DNA of 64,000 nt from Bacteroidota bacterium (GCA_041163605.1 JBEAQY010000066.1:1910-65909); one strand, 5' to 3'. Positions 9,400 through 17,719 are shown, numbered from the stretch's first letter. The notes: a model not told the origin generated them from the sequence alone. Translations and numbers: made by a program.

Positions 9400-10898
9400 T
9401 ATCCTTTCCCTTTTGATGGCACCGAAGCGGGTGGATTTTTGGGGGCAGGGGATGCGGGAGGGGTTTTAATAGGTTTTGGCACGCTGATTGGCTTAGATAC
9501 ATTGGGTGTTTTAGGCTCGGGAGTCTTGAAATTAATCGTTGGTTTGACAGGTTCGGAGCTAGGCTTTGATACCGGTTCATATTCTACCGGCTTAGCTGTC
9601 GATTCAAAAGGTTTTGTAGTCATAGGTTGCGCTTCATTCTCCGGAAATTTGGATGGAGCTATCGTATTCGAATTTACCATCGGGTGCCTTAATTTGTTTA
9701 AAACAACACCTTCTGTTGCTGGAGGTGGAGTAGGAATTGGATTTGGAGTAAGGTCAAGATAATACGCATCGAATATACAGCCGTTCATCTCAGCTTCTGT
9801 TACGCCCATTTGTTGACAGCGATTTCTCGCAGCATCACGGTTAGAGTTTGGTATAGAATTAAAAGTTCTTATTACCCGAGGAAAAGAACGATCTGTATAG
9901 AAAGAGGTGGTTAATCCAGGGCGGTAATCGAACAGACTGCGTTCTTGCGTTACGCGATGTAATTCTGCAAAATCTTTTATAATCTCATTTTGATACCGTT
10001 TTTCAACATCTTGAGATAATGAGGCAAATTCAGGACTGTTCATACCAATAAAACCAGTTAAATTGGTTGTATGATTTATTTGATTAACCTGAAACTCATC
10101 TTGTCGATTATTATTGGCATTTCCAAGTAAGCCACTTACTTGTTGAATGTTACAAGATGGATAATTAACTGTAAGGTTTACAAACCTTCGGTTAGCACTT
10201 CCACGGTTATCAATTATTACTTTCTCACCAAGAGGTCCTGAAACAATGTAATTTCGACCGATGAGTCTAATGCTACCTCCACAAGGTAAATAATACGTTC
10301 TACCTTCCAATCGAATTGGGTTTCCGTTTAGCCACAAGGGTGAATTCGATCCGTTGGGAACATCTTCAGCATAATAAGCGATCCGATCGCCATACAAGTT
10401 TATTGCTACCGCTGTATTTAACGAAAAATCATCCCGTTGTGGCTTCTGTCTCGCTTGTACTTCAAAATTGTCACCCACTTTTGTTAAAATAAATTCTCCA
10501 ACCGTTTGAAATGAGTAGCTCGTATTATCGTAGGTTGCGATGTGTGGATCGCCATAGCTTCTTCCTTGGTTAGCATTACAATAAGTAGCATTGACTAGTG
10601 TACTCATTAATTGAATAAACGCGTCGGATTGAGTCATATCCAAAAGTGTGGTTTGCAACGACTCTCTATCCTTCTGCGGTGCAAGTGAGAAAAGTTCTAC
10701 GGGCGTTAAATCTTCTGGGAAGGTTCTGTCTGGTACAGGTTGTTTTAAATGAATGGCATGAACCGCTTCATAAATCCACCCGCCGCGAATGGAGTCCCAC
10801 AACGTTAAACTCTTTTTTATGGGCTCATAAGAAGGATTTCGCTGACCATAACTTACACTTAATATACAAGTTAATGCGATAAAAAAAGTTGTTTTCAT
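9399..10898 (-). CDS. Secreted von Willebrand factor type D (VWD) domain protein with GDPH motif and Pro/Lys-rich C-terminal tail
   Basis: YGDPHIATYDNTSYSFQTVGEFILTK and GLLGNANNNRQDEF match VWD hallmarks. The ATG at 10898 opens a signal peptide (MKTTFFIALTCILSVSYGQ). The ORF track extends to a TTG at 10916. Confidence 0.7.
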   Translation of the reverse strand: MKTTFFIALTCILSVSYGQRNPSYEPIKKSLTLWDSIRGGWIYEAVHAIHLKQPVPDRTFPEDLTPVELFSLAPQKDRESLQTTLLDMTQSDAFIQLMSTLVNATYCNANQGRSYGDPHIATYDNTSYSFQTVGEFILTKVGDNFEVQARQKPQRDDFSLNTAVAINLYGDRIAYYAEDVPNGSNSPLWLNGNPIRLEGRTYYLPCGGSIRLIGRNYIVSGPLGEKVIIDNRGSANRRFVNLTVNYPSCNIQQVSGLLGNANNNRQDEFQVNQINHTTNLTGFIGMNSPEFASLSQDVEKRYQNEIIKDFAELHRVTQERSLFDYRPGLTTSFYTDRSFPRVIRTFNSIPNSNRDAARNRCQQMGVTEAEMNGCIFDAYYLDLTPNPIPTPPPATEGVVLNKLRHPMVNSNTIAPSKFPENEAQPMTTKPFESTAKPVEYEPVSKPSSEPVKPTINFKTPEPKTPNVSKPISVPKPIKTPPASPAPKNPPASVPSKGKG

Positions 10899-10900
10899 AC

Positions 10901-11584
10901 TTAGAATTTTGGACAATATTTATAGCCTACTCCTTTAATGGTTTGGATGTAAGAATCTCCGATTTTTTCTCTGATTTTTCTGATGTGCACATCGATGGTA
11001 CGATCACCAACAATTACGTCTGTACCCCACACATTCGTTAAAATATACTCACGTTTAAAAACCGTATTGGGTTTTGAGGCTAACAAGACTAATAAATCAA
11101 ATTCTTTTCGTGGAAGTTGTAAAGTAACTCCTTGGACATAGACAAGATGAGTTTCTTTATCAATAATTAAGTCTTCTATGGGTTGTCGCTCTTTTTGGTA
11201 ACGCTGACCCGTGATGCTCTTTCTGCGCAAGAGCGCATTTATTCTACTAACCAACACTTTTGTCTTGACAGGTTTAGCGATGTAATCATCGCCACCTGCT
11301 TCTAAGCCTGCAATTTGACTATAATCTTCTGCCCTTGCGGTTAAAAAACAAATCAAAATATCTTTGTTGGTTTGGTCTTCCTTAATTGTCTCGCATGTTT
11401 GAATCCCATCCATGACAGGCATCATTACATCAAGCAGCATTAAATCAGGTTTTCTTTCGCGGATTCGGTCTAGTGCAACAGATCCATTTTCCGCAACATC
11501 AGTTGTGTGGCCTTCCTTTTCCAGGTTATATTTGAGTAACTCTCGAATATCTGCTTCGTCATCAACAATTAGTATGTGTCCCAT
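10901..11584 (-). CDS. OmpR/PhoB-family response regulator (receiver + winged-helix), no cognate kinase nearby
   Basis: MGHILIVDDE...LMLLDVMMPVMDG receiver domain and ...RTIDVHIRKIREKI...IKGVGYKY DNA-binding domain. Confidence 0.9.
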   Translation of the reverse strand: MGHILIVDDEADIRELLKYNLEKEGHTTDVAENGSVALDRIRERKPDLMLLDVMMPVMDGIQTCETIKEDQTNKDILICFLTARAEDYSQIAGLEAGGDDYIAKPVKTKVLVSRINALLRRKSITGQRYQKERQPIEDLIIDKETHLVYVQGVTLQLPRKEFDLLVLLASKPNTVFKREYILTNVWGTDVIVGDRTIDVHIRKIREKIGDSYIQTIKGVGYKYCPKF

Positions 11585-11704
11585 TTGATTTCGAAGTTAA
11601 GCAGATTTCTGTTGCAAATGGTTATGAAAACAGCTAGGAATGGAACATTAACATTTTTTTAAGAAAAAAAACTCATGATTCGTAACCAATTTCAAATTTC
11701 ACAT

Positions 11705-11712
11705 TACCTTTG
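11705..11712 (+). promoter_or_regulatory. -7 box TACCTTTG upstream of the second response regulator
   Basis: Exact TAnnTTTG match in the divergent intergenic region, 80 nt upstream of the ATG at 11793. Confidence 0.45.
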
Positions 11713-11736
11713 CAGCAGTAGTAGGTTAGGTTGATT

Positions 11737-11773
11737 AGTCAAGGGCCCTGGGTAACCAAGGCTCTTGGCTTTT
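11737..11773 (+). promoter_or_regulatory. Terminator-like leader hairpin (15-position stem, GUAA loop, U-run): attenuator or 3' end of a short RNA
   Basis: Positions 11737-11751 pair with 11756-11770 (12 Watson-Crick pairs, 2 G-U, 1 mismatch). The loop is GTAA (11752-11755). The T run 11770-11773 starts at the last stem position (T11770), so TTT 11771-11773 follows the stem. The structure is strand-specific, because no U-run follows it on the - strand. Confidence 0.45.
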
Positions 11774-11792
11774 CATAATCAAGTTAATCACA

Positions 11793-12494
11793 ATGTTGCC
11801 TACCATGAAAATCTCAATTTTACTTGCGGAAGACGATATTAATCTTGGATTTGTTATAGCAGATCAATTACGTGCTGAAGGCTATCATGTTTCGTTGACT
11901 ACCGATGGCGTCGAGGCGTTGAAACGGTTTAATGAGCAGCTTTATCACTTGTGTATATTTGATGTAATGATGCCGAAAAAAGATGGTTTTACCTTGGCAA
12001 GAGATATCCGTCAAATCAATTCAGATGTTCCTATTTTATTTTTGACTGCCAAGTCAATGACGGAAGATAAAATTGAGGGGTTTAATGCTGGAGGAGATGA
12101 TTATCTGACGAAGCCTTTTTCAGTAGAAGAGTTAAATCTTCGTATTAAATCACTATTGAAGCGAGTTAATATTCGAACTGAAATCCCGGAAGATAAAGTG
12201 TTCAGTGTATCTACGTTTATTTTTGATACAGAAAATTTGACGCTTACCCTAAATGGAACGACTCAATCTCTTACAAAGAAAGAAGCCCAAATCTTAAAAA
12301 TTCTTTGCAAATTTAAAAACCAAGTATTGCCAAGAGAAGTTATTTTGAATGCCGTATGGGGGCAAGATGATTATTTTGTTGGTAGAAGCTTGGATGTTTT
12401 CATTACAAAGCTTCGGAAATACCTAAAAGAGGATGAGCGAATTCAAATTTTGAACATTCACGGTGTTGGATTTAAGTTAGAAATCAAAGCATGA
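11793..12494 (+). CDS. OmpR/PhoB-family response regulator, no cognate kinase nearby
   Basis: MKISILLAEDD...CIFDVMMPKKDG receiver domain and ...RSLDVFITKLRKYL...IHGVGFKLE winged helix. An alternative ATG lies at 11805. Confidence 0.9.
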   Translation: MLPTMKISILLAEDDINLGFVIADQLRAEGYHVSLTTDGVEALKRFNEQLYHLCIFDVMMPKKDGFTLARDIRQINSDVPILFLTAKSMTEDKIEGFNAGGDDYLTKPFSVEELNLRIKSLLKRVNIRTEIPEDKVFSVSTFIFDTENLTLTLNGTTQSLTKKEAQILKILCKFKNQVLPREVILNAVWGQDDYFVGRSLDVFITKLRKYLKEDERIQILNIHGVGFKLEIKA

Positions 12495-13153
12495 TTCTGC
12501 ATTTAGAAACATCCACTAAAATTTGTTCTGTAGCCCTCTCAAAAAATGGGGAACTTTTTGATTTCATTGAGACTTCAAGTGACCAATACATACACGGCGA
12601 AGCACTAACGCTAATGATTGATCAGCTAATGAAACGCAATTCGTTTGATATTGAATCCTTGCTTGCAATTTCCTTTAGTTTGGGTCCTGGGTCATACACC
12701 GGCTTGCGAATTGGATTAGCCACAGCAAAAGGATTGTCATTTGGGTTGGGTATTCCACTCATTGGTGTTTCTTCTTTAGAGAGTTTAGTTTCCTTAGCCC
12801 GTGCAAAATATTCCGATGCGACAATCGCCGCGGCTTTCGATGCGAGAAGAGACGAGGTTTTTCTTCGAATTCAACAGCAACACAAGGTGCTATTGATGGA
12901 TCAGCCCCTAGTAATAACGGAATATTTTGTTTCTCCATCCGACACCTTAGTATGGGTTGGTGATGCGAATATCAAATTAAAAGAGATGCTAGGATATAAT
13001 CCGCAACACGCTTTTGATGACGAAATTCAACCTTCGGCAATCGGACAGATAGCAATCGCATTTCATCGATTTTCAATCGGAGATTTTGATGATATTGCTC
13101 AAATTAAACCGAATTATACTAAAGCATTTTACAGCGCTTCCAAAAAAGCATAA
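12491..13153 (+). CDS. tsaB: tRNA t6A37 threonylcarbamoyl-transfer complex dimerization subunit TsaB
   Basis: MILHLETSTKICSVALSKNG...GPGSYTGLRIGLATAKGL, TsaB/YeaZ-like. ATGA overlap with the upstream regulator. Confidence 0.85.
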   Translation: MILHLETSTKICSVALSKNGELFDFIETSSDQYIHGEALTLMIDQLMKRNSFDIESLLAISFSLGPGSYTGLRIGLATAKGLSFGLGIPLIGVSSLESLVSLARAKYSDATIAAAFDARRDEVFLRIQQQHKVLLMDQPLVITEYFVSPSDTLVWVGDANIKLKEMLGYNPQHAFDDEIQPSAIGQIAIAFHRFSIGDFDDIAQIKPNYTKAFYSASKKA

Positions 13154-13214
13154 TATTCACGTGTATTTTTTGATAAAAAAATGCGCAATAAACGGTATAT
13201 CTAACAATGTGTGT

Positions 13215-13222
13215 TAACTTTG
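13215..13222 (+). promoter_or_regulatory. -7 box TAACTTTG upstream of the coiled-coil/zapA/rny genes
   Basis: Exact TAnnTTTG match 16 nt upstream of the ATG at 13239. Confidence 0.45.
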
Positions 13223-13238
13223 TGGAAAGTTTGCACGG

Positions 13239-13565
13239 ATGACGCCGAAAATTGATACACAGATTGCTCAGTTAAGAACCATTTTTCATCAATTAAAAGC
13301 AAAAATTGAGCAAGAACGGAAAACAGTTCAACAATTAAATGTTGAATTAGAAGATGCTAGAAAGGAAATTGAACACCTTACCAATGAGCAGAAAACGTTC
13401 CAACAAGAAATCACCCGATTAACTGCGTTAGATCAAGCAAACAAAAAACAACAGGCGATGGAGCCCAATTTGTTTAGTGGTTATTCACGAAATGAGGCTG
13501 AAATCGATGCGTTGGTAAAAGAAATAGATTTTTGTATTGCCCAGTTAAAACATAACAATGGCTAA
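13239..13565 (+). CDS. Small coiled-coil protein translationally coupled to zapA
   Basis: 108 aa, rich in heptad-like Q/E/K/L sequence (LKAKIEQERKTVQQLNVELEDARKEIEHLTNEQ). Overlaps the zapA start by 8 nt. Confidence 0.55.
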   Translation: MTPKIDTQIAQLRTIFHQLKAKIEQERKTVQQLNVELEDARKEIEHLTNEQKTFQQEITRLTALDQANKKQQAMEPNLFSGYSRNEAEIDALVKEIDFCIAQLKHNNG

Positions 13566-13833
13566 AGTATCCTTAAAGTTGGAAATTGCAGGAAGAACTT
13601 ATCCGATTTCAGTCTTAGAATCTGAGAAGGATAAAGTATTGAGTGCAGCGAACGCCTTGAATGCTTCCATTGAGTCTCTTAAAAAACACTATGCAGTGAA
13701 CGATCAACAGGATTTATTGGCAATGGCTTCATTACAGTATTTAATGAAACCCTTGAGCAATACCCCTGTGGATTATAGTGAGATTGAACAAAAGTTAGAC
13801 GATTTAACAGCTGAGGCTACGGACATAATCTAA
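13558..13833 (+). CDS. zapA: Cell division protein ZapA
   Basis: 91 aa with LKLEIAGRTYPISVLESEKDKVLSAANALN...DLLAMASLQ, ZapA-like. The usual Bacteroidota position upstream of rny. Confidence 0.75.
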   Translation: MAKVSLKLEIAGRTYPISVLESEKDKVLSAANALNASIESLKKHYAVNDQQDLLAMASLQYLMKPLSNTPVDYSEIEQKLDDLTAEATDII

Positions 13834-13874
13834 GAAGTTACCAACCCTGAATTAATAATTTTTAAAAAAAGGGT

Positions 13875-15404
13875 ATGGATTTATTAGGAATAATTATCGG
13901 ACTTGTTGTTGGTGGGGGCGGAGCCTTTGCTGTTCAACAATGGATTGTAGGTAACAAAGTAAAACAACGAATTTCTGAAGCGGAAAACGAAGCCGAACGA
14001 ATCAAAAAAGAGCGAATGCTTCAAGCCAAGGAGAATTTTCTAAAACTTAAAGAAGAGCACGAAACTAACGTCAAAGAACGTGAGCGTCGCATGCAATCAA
14101 ACGAGGACCGAATCCGTGGAAAAGAAAAATCAATTAATCAAAAACTAGAGGATTTAAATCGAAAGGAAAAAGAGTTGGAACGATCTCAGGGAGAACTAAC
14201 GCAAAAAAGTTCAAGCCTAGATGGTAGAATGCAGGAATTGGATAAAATCCAACAAAAACGTGTGGCTGAATTATCAAAAATTAGCAGCCTTCAACCCGAA
14301 GAAGCCAAGAAAATGTTGATGGATGCCTTGGTTGATGAAGCGCGGACTGCGGCTATGGCTCAAATTAAAGAGATTTCAGAAGAAGCTAAGTTGAACGCAA
14401 ATCGCGAGGCTCGTAGAATCGTTATTCAAACGATACAACGTGTAGCTACAGAACAAGCAATAGAAAATGCCGTAACTGTTTTTAATATCGAATCGGATGA
14501 GGTTAAAGGTCGAATTATTGGTCGTGAAGGTCGAAACATTCGTGCCTTGGAAGCTGCAACCGGCGTAGAAATTATTGTGGATGATACACCGGAAGCTATC
14601 ATCTTATCTTGTTTTGATCCAGTACGTCGTGAAATTGCTCGCTTGTCCTTGCATCAATTAGTATCTGACGGACGAATCCATCCGGCACGAATCGAGGAGG
14701 TTGTAGCGAAAACTAAAAAGAACCTCGATGAAGAAATTGCGGAAACAGGTCGACGGACGTGTATCGATTTAGGTATTCATGGCCTACACCCTGAGTTAAT
14801 GCGAATGGTTGGACGTATGAAGTATCGTTCATCTTACGGACAGAACTTACTTCAACACTCCAGAGAAGTGGCAAACCTTTGTGCGATTATGGCGGCTGAA
14901 TTGGGACTGAATGTTAAAGTTGCTAAACGCGCAGGTCTTTTGCACGATATTGGTAAGGTTCCAGATGAAGAACCAGAATTACCACATGCAATTTTGGGAA
15001 TGAAAATCGCAGAAAAATATGGAGAAAAACCCGATGTCTTGAATGCTATCGGAGCTCACCACGATGAAATCGAAATGAAAACATTGATTTCGCCGATTGT
15101 ACAAGTCTGTGATGCAATTTCTGGGGCACGCCCTGGGGCCCGACGTGAAATAGTTGAAGCCTACATTAAACGAATTAAGGAACTCGAGAATTTAGCACTT
15201 TCTTATGACGGAGTTGGTAGCGCGTATGCAATTCAAGCGGGACGTGAGTTGCGTGTATTGGTTGAAGCTGAAAAAGTAACAGATCAACGAGCAGAGGAAC
15301 TTTCATTTACGATATCTCAGCGAATTCAAACAGAAATGACCTATCCAGGTCAGGTAAAAGTGACCGTTATCCGAGAAAAAAGAGCAGTGAATTACGCAAA
15401 ATAA
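13875..15404 (+). CDS. rny: Ribonuclease Y
   Basis: N-terminal TM helix, long coiled coil, KH domain ([15 protein letters not shown]) and HD domain (LLHDIGK...GAHHDE). Confidence 0.92.
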   Translation: MDLLGIIIGLVVGGGGAFAVQQWIVGNKVKQRISEAENEAERIKKERMLQAKENFLKLKEEHETNVKERERRMQSNEDRIRGKEKSINQKLEDLNRKEKELERSQGELTQKSSSLDGRMQELDKIQQKRVAELSKISSLQPEEAKKMLMDALVDEARTAAMAQIKEISEEAKLNANREARRIVIQTIQRVATEQAIENAVTVFNIESDEVKGRIIGREGRNIRALEAATGVEIIVDDTPEAIILSCFDPVRREIARLSLHQLVSDGRIHPARIEEVVAKTKKNLDEEIAETGRRTCIDLGIHGLHPELMRMVGRMKYRSSYGQNLLQHSREVANLCAIMAAELGLNVKVAKRAGLLHDIGKVPDEEPELPHAILGMKIAEKYGEKPDVLNAIGAHHDEIEMKTLISPIVQVCDAISGARPGARREIVEAYIKRIKELENLALSYDGVGSAYAIQAGRELRVLVEAEKVTDQRAEELSFTISQRIQTEMTYPGQVKVTVIREKRAVNYAK

Positions 15405-15407
15405 TGT

Positions 15408-16466
15408 ATGCTTCCCGCTGATTTAAAACTCATCGCAGGTCCTTGTAGTGCAGAGTCTTACGAACAATTAAGAACTGTTGCTCAAGCATTAGACGCTGTG
15501 AATTTATTTGCCTTTCGAGCCGGGATATGGAAACCTAGAACACAACCCGGTGCGTTTGAAGGGGCAGGAGATGATGCCTTACGTTGGATGCGTGATATTC
15601 GAGAGGAATTTGGTCTGAATGTATTAACCGAGGTTGCTAATTCAACTCACGTAGAAAAAGTCTTAGCCCACGGATTTAATATGATGTGGATTGGCGCTCG
15701 AACAACATCCAACCCATTTTCTGTTCAAGAACTCGCGGATTCCCTTCAGGGTACAGAGGCAACGATACTAATTAAAAACCCAACGAATCCCGATCTAAAA
15801 CTATGGGTAGGAGGAATTGAACGCTTGTATAAAGCTGGGGTTAAAAAAGTAATTGCTATCCATAGGGGATTTTCAACGTATGATAAACTGAAATATCGTA
15901 ACTTTCCCAACTGGCAAATACCAATTGCATTGCGTGCCGACTTTCCAGGGTTAGAAATAATCTGCGACCCATCTCATATTTCAGGAATTGCAAACAATGT
16001 ATTTGAAGTGTCTCAAAAAGCAGTTGATTTGAAGTTTGATGGGTTAATGATTGAAGTTCATCCAAATCCAGCGGTGGCAAAAACAGATGCAAAACAGCAA
16101 TTAGCTCCAAGAGAATACCTTGAACTACTTGCAACGTTGAATGTGCGAAGTAGGGCGGCCATTGATCAAGAGGAGATTCGTGAGTTGCGCGCCAACATTT
16201 CAATTTTAGACAATCAAGTGGTTGAGCTATTTGCTAAACGAATGGAATTAGTTGAACAGATTGGACACTATAAGAAACGAAATAATATAGCTATTTTTCA
16301 ACCGAATCAATGGGAAGAAGCCTTAGCTAAATTTCTCAGATTATCCGAAGATGCTGAATTGTCCAAGGAGTTTGCTGCGGAAGTTTTTAAATTGATTCAT
16401 CAAGAATCTATTGATATTCAATCAAAAATATTACGAAATTCTGATAAAGGTGATTCGAATCCCTAA
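15408..16466 (+). CDS. Bifunctional 3-deoxy-7-phosphoheptulonate (DAHP) synthase / chorismate mutase type II
   Basis: N-terminal type I-beta DAHPS-like region (IAGPCSAES...GARTTSN...DPSH) and a C-terminal CM helical domain (LRANISILDNQVVELFAKRMELV). Confidence 0.8.
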   Translation: MLPADLKLIAGPCSAESYEQLRTVAQALDAVNLFAFRAGIWKPRTQPGAFEGAGDDALRWMRDIREEFGLNVLTEVANSTHVEKVLAHGFNMMWIGARTTSNPFSVQELADSLQGTEATILIKNPTNPDLKLWVGGIERLYKAGVKKVIAIHRGFSTYDKLKYRNFPNWQIPIALRADFPGLEIICDPSHISGIANNVFEVSQKAVDLKFDGLMIEVHPNPAVAKTDAKQQLAPREYLELLATLNVRSRAAIDQEEIRELRANISILDNQVVELFAKRMELVEQIGHYKKRNNIAIFQPNQWEEALAKFLRLSEDAELSKEFAAEVFKLIHQESIDIQSKILRNSDKGDSNP

Positions 16467-17688
16467 CATTATATTGCCTTCTCTTATTCAGGCTCCCGTA
16501 TCTAAAAGTCACATGCAGCGAGAACTTTTATTGTCGCTTTTGGCAAATTCACCATCGCGATTAAATGGTAATTTCATCGCACTACCAGATGATGTTTTAT
16601 CTGCCATTAAATGTATAGAGTCCATTGGAGCTACTGTATTAGTTGGTGAAAATAGGATAGAGGTTATTCCGCCCATAAACCCAATTATAAAAGATGAACT
16701 AACTGTTTATGTTGGGGAATCTGGTTTTTTAATTCGAAACATTATTTCCATAGGATTTTTATATGCTCGGAAACTTTTAATTCACGCGAAGGGTACCTTG
16801 CTTACGCGTGAGCTTCACATGAATGAGGCACTTTTGACTCAACTGGGTTTAATTCAATGCTCAAACCCAGGAGAATGGCCTTTGGTTTTAGATCAAATTC
16901 ATACATGCCAAAATCACATTCAGTTAGATGCATCTGCTACTTCGCAAATTGCAACTGGTGTATTAATCCGCTTGTCTAAATCTGAGGGTGAGCGTAGTTT
17001 GCGAATAAATAATCTTGTAAGTACACCTTATCTTGAAATGACGGTTGATAATTTAATGAATCGAGGGGTTAAACTTTCGTTAGTGGATAACTGCATTTCT
17101 TTTGATGAGAATTGCCAGATAAAGGGCCGAGACATCCAAATTGAAGGAGATTGGAGTGGAGCCGCAAACTTATTGTGCATAGGGGCAATTACCAACGAAG
17201 TACGTGTTAGAGGCTTACGTATCGATAGCAACCAAGCAGATGAGAATATACTTGATATATTAGCACTTTACGGTGCGCAAATTGAATGGAATGGAGATGT
17301 TATTACAGTAAGGCATTCCAAAAATCGGTCGTTTAATTGCGATGTTACGGATAGTCCGGATTTGTTTCCTTTATTGTGCATTTTAGCCTCGACAGCAAAA
17401 GGAACATCCATTATAAAAGGAACGAAGCGCCTATTGTTTAAAGAATCAGACCGCTTAAAATCCTCTTTGACAATGCTTAGTTCCTTAGGTGTTACTTTTG
17501 AAACAGGAACCAATGAAATTCAAATTACCGGCGGAATAAAAAATCACGAGCCATACATTGACACCTATAATGACCACCGTATAGTGTTGGCAGCAATCGT
17601 AGCATCAACAATTTCTGATTTAAGGGTTTCACTGAGTGAAGTGGATTCCGTTGAGAAATCATTTCCAGAAATGAAACCATTCAGATAA
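16450..17688 (+). CDS. aroA: 3-phosphoshikimate 1-carboxyvinyltransferase (EPSP synthase)
   Basis: Motifs APVSKSHMQR, DASATSQ, FKESDRL, NDHRIV and EKSFPE. I chose the GTG at 16450 because the first in-frame ATG lies after the conserved SKS motif. The ORF track starts at a TTG at 16411. Confidence 0.8.
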   Translation: MIRIPNIILPSLIQAPVSKSHMQRELLLSLLANSPSRLNGNFIALPDDVLSAIKCIESIGATVLVGENRIEVIPPINPIIKDELTVYVGESGFLIRNIISIGFLYARKLLIHAKGTLLTRELHMNEALLTQLGLIQCSNPGEWPLVLDQIHTCQNHIQLDASATSQIATGVLIRLSKSEGERSLRINNLVSTPYLEMTVDNLMNRGVKLSLVDNCISFDENCQIKGRDIQIEGDWSGAANLLCIGAITNEVRVRGLRIDSNQADENILDILALYGAQIEWNGDVITVRHSKNRSFNCDVTDSPDLFPLLCILASTAKGTSIIKGTKRLLFKESDRLKSSLTMLSSLGVTFETGTNEIQITGGIKNHEPYIDTYNDHRIVLAAIVASTISDLRVSLSEVDSVEKSFPEMKPFR

Positions 17689-17719
17689 TTTTAAGTATAT
17701 TAGATTAAATTTATATATT

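Noticed and set aside
9310-9762. 150-aa Gly-rich ORF on the + strand
   Set aside because: It is the antisense shadow of the Pro-rich tail of the VWD protein, because CCN codons read GGN on the other strand. It also overlaps the pafA start and has no promoter or independent support.
16452-16463. GATTCGAATCCC, resembling a tRNA T-arm/T-loop
   Set aside because: No acceptor, D or anticodon arm can be drawn around it. It sits inside the DAHP synthase/aroA coding overlap, so it is a chance match.
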